Shown piece after piece: positions 56,965-64,000 of a DNA stretch of 64,000 bases; the stretch's first letter is position 1; every line of letters starts with the position of its first letter. This DNA is from an uncultured Planctomycetia bacterium (GTDB lineage Bacteria > Planctomycetota > Phycisphaerae > FEN-1346 > JAACEH01). The stretch spans positions 5,037 to 69,036 of the forward strand of contig CAIYVX010000033.1 of the NCBI GenBank assembly GCA_903929765.1, read 5' to 3'. Under the pieces are notes generated by a model. That model was not told where the DNA came from. It did not search any database and saw only the letters and a list, made by a program, of their open reading frames with translations. A program made the translations under genes and the position numbers.

Positions 56965-58026
56965 CTACAAGGCCCGGTGCTGTTCCAGCGCCGCGATGGT
57001 GCGGCGCATGTCTTCGGGGATGGGGGCCTCGAAGGTGATCTGCTTGCCGGTCATGGGGTGCCAGAGGGTGAGGCGGCGGGCGTGGAGGGCCTGGCGGGAG
57101 ATGAGAACCTGGGCGGCGTCTTCGGGCTTGCCGGTCAGGTCGGCGAGAGTGAGTTGGGAGCGGGAAGAGTAGGCGGCGTCGGCCAGGACTTTGAGGCCAA
57201 CGCTGGCCAGGTGGATGCGAATCTGGTGGGTGCGGCCGGTCAGGGGTTTGCAGGTGACGAGAGCGAAGCCGCGGTAGTGGCGGTCGATCTGGTAGCGGGT
57301 GACGGCCTCGCGGCCGGAGATCAGGTCGACGGCCATTTTTTCGCGGACTTTGGGGTGGCGGCCGATGGGCTTGTCGATCACGTCGCCGTCGCATTGCGGC
57401 GCGCCCTCGACGATGGCCAGGTACTCCTTCTTGACGCGGCGGTTTTCCCATTGCCGGGCCATCTGGGCGTGGGCCCGGTCGTCTTTGGCCACCAGGATGA
57501 TGCCCGACGTGTCGCGGTCGAGTCGATGGACAATGCCGGGCCGCTCCGGACCGTTGACGCCGCTCAATTTTTGAAAATGATACGCGAGAGCATTGACCAG
57601 CGTGCCGCCCCAGTTGCCGCGCGCGGGATGGACGATCATGTTGGCGGGCTTGTTGATGACGACCATGAGGTCGTCCTCGTAGACGATGTCGAGCGGGATG
57701 TTCTCCGGCTCGATTTCCATTTTGGTGGGCGGGGGGAGTTCGACGTGGACGATTTCGCCGCCGGCAATTTCGCGCGAAGGCTTGGACGGCTGCCCGTTGA
57801 CGAGGACGCGACCGCCCTTGATCAATTTCTGGAACCAGGCCCGCGAGCGGTCGGGGAACCGCGCCGCCAGAAACGAATCGAGCCGCCGGCCGGCGTTGAC
57901 CGGACGAATCCGCAGTTCGACGGTTTCGGTTTCCCCGGTTTCCTCGTCACCGAAATCGTCTTCGATGACGTCGGCGCCTTCGGGGTCGGGAGGCGGGGTA
58001 GGAAGATTTTTTTCGGGATCGTTCAA
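56965..58026 (-). CDS. rluD: RluA-family 23S rRNA pseudouridine synthase (RluD-like) with S4 domain
   Basis: RLDSFLAARF S4 region and the catalytic HRLDRDTSGIILVAK. The track ORF extends to 58104 but overlaps the upstream gene. TTG 58026 follows GGAG. Confidence 0.85.
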   Translation of the reverse strand: MNDPEKNLPTPPPDPEGADVIEDDFGDEETGETETVELRIRPVNAGRRLDSFLAARFPDRSRAWFQKLIKGGRVLVNGQPSKPSREIAGGEIVHVELPPPTKMEIEPENIPLDIVYEDDLMVVINKPANMIVHPARGNWGGTLVNALAYHFQKLSGVNGPERPGIVHRLDRDTSGIILVAKDDRAHAQMARQWENRRVKKEYLAIVEGAPQCDGDVIDKPIGRHPKVREKMAVDLISGREAVTRYQIDRHYRGFALVTCKPLTGRTHQIRIHLASVGLKVLADAAYSSRSQLTLADLTGKPEDAAQVLISRQALHARRLTLWHPMTGKQITFEAPIPEDMRRTIAALEQHRAL

Positions 58027-58048
58027 GAAAACTCCAAAAAGATTCCCA

Positions 58049-59404
58049 TTATGCGCTGACCGTATTCGCCTTGGTTTTGTGGTCCACCAGGCACAAGGCC
58101 GCAATCACGCCGCCGACCACGGCGCAGGCCACGTACAGCCAGGCCCAGACATAGCACTTCACGCCGGTGGCCGGATCTTCATAGATCAGCGCGCCCATGA
58201 CGTAGGGGCAGGCGGCCGCCAGGACGTAGGCACAACAGTTGGTGAAGCCCATGGCCTTACCGTAGACTTCGGCTGGAAACATGTCGGCCGGGATGGTCAG
58301 GGCCGGGCCCCAGACCATGTTCGAGAAGAACCCCGCGCCCGTCAGGGCCAGCAGCAACAGCAGCGGCGAGACGCCCTGGCTCATCGTAGCCAGGGCCACG
58401 ACGAAGGGCAGCGCGCCGCCAAAGGCCAGCATGATCATCAGTTTACGCTTGCCGCCCAGGAACGTGTCGCTGATCCAACTGCTCAGGAACGAGCCCAGCG
58501 CCCCACCGATGAAGTAGACGCAGGCCCAGGCCCCCATCTCCAACACCTTGAAATGATGGACCTGCGTCAGATATTGGGGCGACCAGGTGAGTACGCCCCA
58601 GATGATCTGCTGGGCGAAGATGTAGACGAAGATCAGGGGCACGAACCCCCGCGCGCCGATAATCTGTCGGAACGTGATGGCCCCGGCCTTGACCTTCTGC
58701 TCCAGCAAGCCCGGCCGGCCCCCTTCGAGATCGGCGGCGGTAATCTGCCCCTTGGCCAGTTCGTCCTCGTAGGCGTCTCGCACATCCTCCCGGCGGGCCC
58801 ACCGGCACCGTTCCGGCCGGTCGAAGATGAAGATCAGGATCAGGATCAGCGGTATGCTTCCGGCGACGGCCAGGATCACGAACACGCCTCGCCAACTATC
58901 GCCCAGGGCCGAGTAAAGTGCCGCGGCCACCAGCGGCGCCCAAGCCGGCGTGACGATCCAGGCCCAGGAGAGCACGCCTTGGGCCGTGGCCCTCTGCCGC
59001 GGCGGAAACCACCGGACCAGCAGCCTGGCCGAGGGCACCAGCTCGGTGCCGATCAGCACGCCGAACAACGCCATGCGGACATACCATTCGGAGGCCGTGT
59101 GCATGTTGGCCATCCAGGCGGTCAGCGAACTCCAGGCGATCACGGAGAAGATCAGGATCTTCCGCGAGCCGATCCTGTCGCACAGCCATCCCGTGGCCCA
59201 CTGCGACAGCCCGTAGAGCACCATCATCAGGGCTACACCCAGGCCCTGCTCGGCGGTTGAAAATCCGAGATCCTTGCTCACGAAAGGCATCAGCGTGGGC
59301 GCGGTGACCCGGTCGAGCCATTGGATGGTGTAACAGGCGGTCAGCACGGCCAGAAGGACGTACCGGTACCTGAAAACCGGGTGCTCTCTTCCCAGTATCG
59401 ACAT
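58049..59404 (-). CDS. MFS transporter (anion:cation symporter/ACS-like)
   Basis: 12-TM MFS layout with WLCDRIGSRKIL-type loop 2-3 motif. ATG 59404 lies 6 nt after GGAG. Confidence 0.75.
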   Translation of the reverse strand: MSILGREHPVFRYRYVLLAVLTACYTIQWLDRVTAPTLMPFVSKDLGFSTAEQGLGVALMMVLYGLSQWATGWLCDRIGSRKILIFSVIAWSSLTAWMANMHTASEWYVRMALFGVLIGTELVPSARLLVRWFPPRQRATAQGVLSWAWIVTPAWAPLVAAALYSALGDSWRGVFVILAVAGSIPLILILIFIFDRPERCRWARREDVRDAYEDELAKGQITAADLEGGRPGLLEQKVKAGAITFRQIIGARGFVPLIFVYIFAQQIIWGVLTWSPQYLTQVHHFKVLEMGAWACVYFIGGALGSFLSSWISDTFLGGKRKLMIMLAFGGALPFVVALATMSQGVSPLLLLLALTGAGFFSNMVWGPALTIPADMFPAEVYGKAMGFTNCCAYVLAAACPYVMGALIYEDPATGVKCYVWAWLYVACAVVGGVIAALCLVDHKTKANTVSA

Positions 59405-59546
59405 CAGGCACTCCGTTCCGCACGGCGGGACTACTCTACCCTCTCCCAAGTGTGAGGGGTGAAGAAACAACTTCAAGATAAGAATGGGGACAATCGGCTA
59501 CAGACCGACTGTCCCCACGGATCGTTGAGGTCACAACTAAAACGGA

Positions 59547-60173
59547 CTAGGCCACCAGTTTTTTGGCCACGTCGACGGCCGAGGCGGCATCGGCAGCATA
59601 GCCTTCGGCGCCGATTTCGTCGGCGTAGTTCTGGGTGACCGGGGCGCCGCCGATCATGACCTTGGCGGTGAGGCCGGCGGCCTTGAGGGCCTTGACCACG
59701 TCGCGCATCTGGGGCATCGTGGTGGTCAGCAGGGCCGACATGGCCACGACGCACTTTCCATTTTCCTTGACCGAGGCGACAAACTTGTCGGCCGGGACGT
59801 CGGTGCCGAGGTCGATGACCTGGAAGCCGCCGCCCTTGAGCATCATGCCGACGAGGTTCTTGCCGATGTCGTGGAGGTCGCCCTTGACGGTGCCCAGGAC
59901 GATCTTGCCGATGGGCTGAACGCCGCTGGAGGTCAGCACGGGCTGCAGCAGGTTCATGCCGGCGTGCATGGCCCGAGCGGCGATCAGGACTTCGGGAACA
60001 TAGACTTCGTTCTTTTTGAACTTGGCGCCGATGATGGCCATGCCGGCGATCAGGCCTTCTTCGAGAATCTTCTTCGGGCTGACCTTCTCGTCAATGGCCT
60101 GCTGGACCAACTTGGTTACGGTGTTGCGATCGCCTTTTTGCAGCGCTGCACTGATGCCATTGAGATCTGCCAT
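59547..60173 (-). CDS. Cobalamin-binding corrinoid protein (methyltransferase cognate, MtmC/MtbC/MttC-like)
   Basis: B12-binding DxHxxG motif GDLHDIGKNLV, the SALLTTTM and GGAP signatures, and an N-terminal helical cap. Confidence 0.85.
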   Translation of the reverse strand: MADLNGISAALQKGDRNTVTKLVQQAIDEKVSPKKILEEGLIAGMAIIGAKFKKNEVYVPEVLIAARAMHAGMNLLQPVLTSSGVQPIGKIVLGTVKGDLHDIGKNLVGMMLKGGGFQVIDLGTDVPADKFVASVKENGKCVVAMSALLTTTMPQMRDVVKALKAAGLTAKVMIGGAPVTQNYADEIGAEGYAADAASAVDVAKKLVA

Positions 60174-60233
60174 GAGTTGCTCCCCTGTCTGTTAACAATC
60201 TGGGACGACGAAAACCACGTCTAGGCCACGCGC

Positions 60234-61043
60234 CTATTTTTTCGCATCGTTCGTGGTTTTCGGTCCCGTGGATTCGGACGACTTCACTACCGGCGGCACG
60301 ACCGCCGCCCCGCCACTGGCGACCTGCGCCGCCGGAACTTTAACTGCGGCCGCGCCGGACGGTACTGCCGAGGCCTTTGGTGTCGCGGGCGTTTCGGTGT
60401 CAAAGTCGAGCGGCTTGGCCTCCCGCAGAATCTTCAGGCGCTCATTGGCCCGGGTCTCAATCGACGTGTTCGGATTCTCTTTGGCCAGAGCGATAAACTG
60501 CTTCTCGGCATCGGCCTTGAGGGCCGGTTCCTGATCGCTCATTTCTGCCGCGACCGAGGCCAGGCCTAATTTGGCTTCCAGACCGATGTCGTCTCGGCGC
60601 GAGGCGAGTTCCTCGTAGCGGCGCTTGGCCTCTTGAAAATCATTTTTGACGTTCAGGCTGCCCTTGGCGGAAGGCTCGGCCCAACCGAAGATCGCCCGAT
60701 CATAATAACGGTTAGCCAGGCTGAGTTTGGCCGCCGTCGCCATGGGCGAGGTGGGAAACTGGCGAATGAAGCTATCGAGTTCGGCGATCTGCCTGGTCAA
60801 CTGGTCGATCATCTCGCCGCCGGTCGACCCGTTCAGACTCGGGAGAAAAGCGATCATCGCCCGGTCCGCATCGGCCTTCTTACGTTGGCCGCTCTTGGCG
60901 TAAAAGGAGACCGACACCCCCACGACCAAGGCGCCGATCAGAACATAGGCCAGATAAGGTTTAGCCTGTGTCCACCAACGGAGCAGGGCCTCGGCCAGTT
61001 CATTGTGCGTCATTTGCTGTCGTTCTGTCGCCTTCATTCGCAC
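60234..61043 (-). CDS. Membrane-anchored TPR-like protein (YfgM-like architecture)
   Basis: Single N-terminal TM (YLAYVLIGALVVGVSVSFY), helical repeat body, Ala/Pro-rich tail. Tentative. Confidence 0.4.
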   Translation of the reverse strand: MRMKATERQQMTHNELAEALLRWWTQAKPYLAYVLIGALVVGVSVSFYAKSGQRKKADADRAMIAFLPSLNGSTGGEMIDQLTRQIAELDSFIRQFPTSPMATAAKLSLANRYYDRAIFGWAEPSAKGSLNVKNDFQEAKRRYEELASRRDDIGLEAKLGLASVAAEMSDQEPALKADAEKQFIALAKENPNTSIETRANERLKILREAKPLDFDTETPATPKASAVPSGAAAVKVPAAQVASGGAAVVPPVVKSSESTGPKTTNDAKK

Positions 61044-61203
61044 CTTCCCAAAAGACCGCCGCGCTGGGGCACAAGCCCTTCATCGACCGTCTCCGACCTG
61101 TTCTAGAACGGAAATGCTAGCCGACCGGAGCAAAAATGACAATACAAAAACCGACACTCGGCGGCAAAAATCCGCGCCGGGCCGCTGAGCGGCTCACGAA
61201 AAA

Positions 61204-61845
61204 TCAGAACTTCGCCAGCCGCTCGGCATAGCGGAAGGCGGCCGCCACCTCCTGGACTGACAGTCCGGCCCCGCGCAGGACAGCCTCGGCCCCCGCCCGG
61301 TCATAGAGATCCTGCGGGCCGTGGGCGTCAGAGCCGAAAATCACGGCGGCCCCGGCGGCGCGGGCGGTGACGGTCACGTGGCCGTTGGTCAAAGAATGGC
61401 CGCGGCGACCGGAGATTTCCAGGGCCACGCCGCGCCGGGCCGCTTCGCGGGCGTCGGCCTCAGTGATGAAGCCCGGATGAGCCAGGATGTCGGTCCCGGC
61501 CGCGATGGCGGCGCGATTGGTGCCGGGCAGAACCGGCTCGACCGGCGACTCGCCGTGAACAATGACCAGGTCCGCCCCGAGTTGGCGGGCCCGGGCCACG
61601 ACCGCGGCAATGTGCTCGAGCCGGCAGTGCGTCACCTCGCAGGAGGCCAGAACTTTCAGACTCATGACCGCCGAAAGTTCCCGCGCCGCCCGGACCAGCA
61701 CCGGCACGGTCGCCTCGACCGTGGCGTGGTCCACATGGTCGGCAAAGGCAAAGGCCCGGAAGCCCTTGACCTCGACGCGGCGGGCCAGTTCGGCGGGAAT
61801 CAGTTCGCCATCGGAAAGGAACGTATGCATGTGAAAATCGATCAT
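61204..61845 (-). CDS. PHP domain metal-dependent phosphoesterase (histidinol phosphatase-like)
   Basis: MIDFHMHTFLSDG and later HGESP and GSDAHG metal-ligand motifs. Confidence 0.8.
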   Translation of the reverse strand: MIDFHMHTFLSDGELIPAELARRVEVKGFRAFAFADHVDHATVEATVPVLVRAARELSAVMSLKVLASCEVTHCRLEHIAAVVARARQLGADLVIVHGESPVEPVLPGTNRAAIAAGTDILAHPGFITEADAREAARRGVALEISGRRGHSLTNGHVTVTARAAGAAVIFGSDAHGPQDLYDRAGAEAVLRGAGLSVQEVAAAFRYAERLAKF

Positions 61846-61920
61846 AATTTGGTCACTCGCCAGAAAATCTTTAGCGCTGTTCTCACCGGCCGGTGATGCC
61901 GTCTCTGCCGGAAAATTCTG

Positions 61921-61994
61921 TACGCCCGGGCAGAGTCGAACTGCCGACCTGCGGTTTAGGAAACCGCCGCTCTATCCTTCTGAGCTACGGGCGC
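61921..61994 (-). tRNA. tRNA-Arg (anticodon CCU), CCA not encoded
   Basis: GCGCCCG-UA-GCUC-AGAAGGAUA-GAGC-G-GCGGU-UUCCUAA-ACCGC-AGGUC-GGCAG-UUCGACU-CUGCC-CGGGCGU-A. G1-U72 wobble. Confidence 0.85.
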
Positions 61995-62010
61995 ATCCTG
62001 ATGGTGACTG

Positions 62011-62039
62011 ACTATATCGCCCTGGGACAAAACCGTCAA
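62011..62039 (-). promoter_or_regulatory. Sigma70 promoter of tRNA-Arg (TTGACG-N17-TATAGT)
   Basis: Minus strand: TTGACG 62039-62034 and TATAGT 62016-62011. Confidence 0.55.
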
Positions 62040-62094
62040 GGACCAGGACCAGGCTGCCGCTTCGGAAGCCGAAGCGAGGGAGGCAAAGCGGCGC

Positions 62095-62123
62095 TTGAAC
62101 GTTGCGTCCGTCGTCGTTATAAT
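62095..62123 (+). promoter_or_regulatory. Sigma70 promoter of the truncated tRNA-Gly (TTGAAC-N17-TATAAT)
   Basis: TTGAAC 62095-62100 and TATAAT 62118-62123. The tRNA-like sequence starts at 62142. Confidence 0.6.
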
Positions 62124-62141
62124 CGCTGTCTGCCTTTTTTC

Positions 62142-62182
62142 GCGGGCGTAGCTCAGTGGTAGAGCTCCAGCCTTCCAAGCTG
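62142..62182 (+). pseudogene. 5' fragment (41 nt) of tRNA-Gly (UCC): acceptor 5' strand, D arm, anticodon stem-loop only
   Basis: GCGGGCGUAGCUCAGUGGUAGAGCUCCAGCCUUCCAAGCUG, then unrelated sequence (caaactgaaattgtaacc...). No T arm or 3' acceptor strand follows. Confidence 0.75.
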
Positions 62183-62383
62183 CAAACTGAAATTGTAACC
62201 TCTTTCGGAACCGCCACTTCCAGTGATGGCCTTCTGACCCACAGCAGTAACCACAGCACTTCGTCCGAAAACGACGACCTCCAACAATTGGTCGACGCCT
62301 GGCAGACTCTGCCGGCACCGATCAAAGTCGCCATCCTGGCCATGGTGAAAGCGACCGGCAAACCGATGGAGGGCACGGCATGA
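62156..62383 (+). CDS. Small hypothetical protein of the element (start uncertain)
   Basis: Its stop overlaps the next ATG (ATGA at 62380). The C-terminal DLQQLVDAWQTLPAPIKVAILAMVKA resembles small proteins I have seen on mobile elements. The listed GTG start lies inside the tRNA fragment and is doubtful. Confidence 0.3.
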   Translation: MVELQPSKLQTEIVTSFGTATSSDGLLTHSSNHSTSSENDDLQQLVDAWQTLPAPIKVAILAMVKATGKPMEGTA

Positions 62384-62952
62384 TCACTCACCTTGGCCTT
62401 CCCTCAGAGCAACCAGAACCCACACCGGCTATTCGACAATTGGCAGAATCGCTTCGGGGTCTGCTTCACCCTGAACTGACGGAAGCAGATTTCGAGGAGG
62501 CGAGAAAGTACCTGGCCGATCCGTATGCGTGGTGGGCGACTTGGTTTGACATTACCCGCGAAAACTACGCGAGGTTTGTGGTCTTTCGCTCGTCTCCGGA
62601 AACGGCAACAGGTCACAAACTCTGTTCCGCCACTGACGAAAACGGGCGGCCATGTCAAAACGAAATCCTGTTTGACGGCCGGGGAGCCGACGCGCCGGAG
62701 CGATTCATCTTCGGCCTTAGCGACCGGTGTCCGGCCCATCAGGAGGTTTTTTGGTGCTCTGACCTGAGTGGGGTTGAGTCGGACGTGGATCAGGTCAGTG
62801 CCGTAATTAATAAAAAGCTGCGGCGGCTTATTTCAGCAGATTTCACGGCTCCATGTGTCAAGTGCTCCGTCATGTTTTGGTTCGGCAGGGAGCCCGTAGG
62901 CCTGCCTCGCCTGTTTACCGACGAAGCAGGAAAGGGGTCATTCGAATGGTAA
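62380..62952 (+). CDS. Hypothetical Cys-containing protein of the element
   Basis: 190-aa ORF. Possible zinc-binding pairs (CSATDENGRPC, CPAHQEVFWC, CVKC). No family recognised. Confidence 0.4.
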   Translation: MITHLGLPSEQPEPTPAIRQLAESLRGLLHPELTEADFEEARKYLADPYAWWATWFDITRENYARFVVFRSSPETATGHKLCSATDENGRPCQNEILFDGRGADAPERFIFGLSDRCPAHQEVFWCSDLSGVESDVDQVSAVINKKLRRLISADFTAPCVKCSVMFWFGREPVGLPRLFTDEAGKGSFEW

Positions 62953-64000
62953 TTGGCGAGACGGAGAAACCTAAGGGCACGGAAATGGCGACCCTGAAGC
63001 CGCTCCAGAGGGCAGCGGTAAGTTACAAGGAGTCCCGGATGGCCGAAGAGGCCAGCCCTGAGGGGGTGAAGACCTCCAGGCGGCAGGCGGCGGCCAAGCG
63101 GCTGGCCCAGCGTGCTGCCAACCGAGCGAAGACCAAATCCCAGGCGATGCCCAGGAGCGACGTTACCGCTCTTTTTCGCCCTGACATTGCGAAGTCAGGA
63201 AAGACCGTGCCGATCTTCAATGTGCTGGAGGTACTGCTGCAGCAGCCGATTTTTTCCGGTAAGGCCGGAATGATCCGGGCCTTGGTTCTGGCCAAGATTT
63301 ACGATACGGCCAATCGCAACACTAACGCCATGATGTGCTGGCCGACCATCGAGTACCTGTGCACCAGCCTTGGAAGAAGTAAGAGTTCCGTCTGCCGGGC
63401 GATCAAGTGGCTGGAGCGGAACAGGTGGATCGGGGTCATCCCAGACTACTTCAATAAATCCACCACACCCCACAACATCTATTATCTGTTGGACCCCAGG
63501 TTGGCAGCAGGTGGTAGCGGAGTGTCAGCAGGGCACCCGGCTACCAGTAATCGGCAGGTGGTAGCGGAGTGTCTTACAGACACCCCGTTACCGGTAGCGG
63601 AGTGTCTTACTGACTCCCGGCTACCGGTAGCGGGTGGTCTTACTGACACCCTAACAGTAGAAGAAGAAGCTTTAACAGAAGAAGAAAAAGAGAACAGGGG
63701 AGGGGGAGCAGCGGCCGCGGCTTCGCCGCGTCCGCCAGCCCCCCACCCTGAATCTTTAAAAGAAGAAGATCAGGAGGACCTGGGTATCAAGAATAAAAAT
63801 TCTTTAGAAACAGGATCCCTGATTACCGAAGGTCGGGCTTCAAAAGAAAATGAAATGGGATCCCTGGTTACAAAGAATAAAGATTTTTTAGAAACAGAAT
63901 CCCTGATTACCGCAGGTAGGGCTTCAAACAGAAACAACAGCCCCTCCCCCGGTTCCGTTTTACCCCCTCCCCTCATCAAAGAGATTCATCCTTATCTCCT
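62946..64000 (+). CDS. Winged-helix (HTH_36-like) replication-initiator-like protein, 3' partial (open to window end)
   Basis: My own translation found no stop from 62814 to 64000; this ORF is absent from the track because it has no stop. CWPTIEYLCTSLGRSKSSVCRAIKWLERNRWI looks like the wHTH of phage/plasmid initiators. Start at ATG 62946 (overlaps the previous stop) or ATG 62985. Confidence 0.5.
   Translation, partial: MVIGETEKPKGTEMATLKPLQRAAVSYKESRMAEEASPEGVKTSRRQAAAKRLAQRAANRAKTKSQAMPRSDVTALFRPDIAKSGKTVPIFNVLEVLLQQPIFSGKAGMIRALVLAKIYDTANRNTNAMMCWPTIEYLCTSLGRSKSSVCRAIKWLERNRWIGVIPDYFNKSTTPHNIYYLLDPRLAAGGSGVSAGHPATSNRQVVAECLTDTPLPVAECLTDSRLPVAGGLTDTLTVEEEALTEEEKENRGGGAAAAASPRPPAPHPESLKEEDQEDLGIKNKNSLETGSLITEGRASKENEMGSLVTKNKDFLETESLITAGRASNRNNSPSPGSVLPPPLIKEIHPYL
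63513..63658 (+). repeat. Four 33-bp iteron-like repeats with internal dyad symmetry (GGTAGCGGAGTGTC...GGCTACC)
   Basis: R1 63513-63545, R2 63560-63592, R3 63593-63625, R4 63626-63658. R2-R4 are contiguous. An A/T- and purine-rich tract follows (gtagaagaagaagctttaacagaagaagaaaaagag). Confidence 0.75.
63789..63933 (+). repeat. Two roughly 61-nt AT-rich direct repeats, period 84 nt
   Basis: aagaataaaaattctttagaaacaggatccctgattaccgaaggtcgggcttcaaaagaaa versus aagaataaagattttttagaaacagaatccctgattaccgcaggtagggcttcaaacagaaa. Confidence 0.7.

Larger units (their letters stand above)
62183..64000. mobile_element. Putative integrated element (partial, continues past window end)
   Basis: Starts at the tRNA-Gly breakpoint. 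GC is visibly lower than host genes. Carries coupled small ORFs, a winged-helix initiator-like ORF, iterons and an AT-rich tract. No integrase is present within the window. Confidence 0.5.

Noticed and set aside
63513-63658. Tandem 33-bp repeats considered as a CRISPR array.
   Set aside because: Three units are directly contiguous with no spacers, there are only four units, no cas genes are present, and they lie in-frame inside an ORF. An iteron interpretation fits better.

Overview
High-GC bacterial chromosomal segment, by eye about 60-65% GC. The protein families present (YXWGXW lipoproteins, DUF1844/DUF2059, a RAYT with REP hairpins, several GPH-type MFS transporters, parts of corrinoid methyl-transfer systems) suggest a Planctomycetota/Phycisphaerae-like genome; this is inference only. 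Most of the window is housekeeping: ppdK, rpoD-dnaG, psd-pssA, ruvCAB, eda, rfbB, rex, pyrG, ilvD, glmU-prs-rplY-pth, rpsF-ssb-rpsR-rplI. There are four intact tRNAs (Leu-GAG, Gln-UUG, fMet-CAU, Arg-CCU), three of them (Leu, fMet, Arg) preceded by near-consensus sigma70 promoters. Regions worth a second look are listed here. (1) A translationally coupled six-gene Hyf/Ehr-type membrane complex operon (49.7-56.0 kb). Its catalytic large subunit is reduced to a 152-aa protein without Ni-binding cysteines, and an HTH-PTS-EIIA fusion gene sits 11 nt upstream. (2) A REP-associated tyrosine transposase flanked by inverted REP hairpins, with more copies dispersed through the window, plus a second family of GTAGG-linked hairpins. 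(3) A lower-GC element at the right edge that starts exactly where a promoter-bearing tRNA-Gly(UCC) gene is cut after nt 41. It carries a winged-helix initiator-like ORF with four embedded dyad-symmetric 33-bp iterons followed by an AT-rich tract, an arrangement like the lambda O/ori. (4) A low-GC Eco57I/type IIG-like N6-adenine methyltransferase gene that runs off the left edge. (5) A radical SAM protein whose architecture resembles archaeal tetraether lipid synthase. Smaller oddities: a Lys/Ala-rich tail on PPDK, a GlmU lacking its acetyltransferase end, a consensus promoter plus roughly 290-nt structured leader before ilvD, and a 108-bp AT-rich inverted repeat upstream of rex. No rRNA and no CRISPR array were seen. 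The many long antisense ORFs in the track are GC-driven shadow ORFs.
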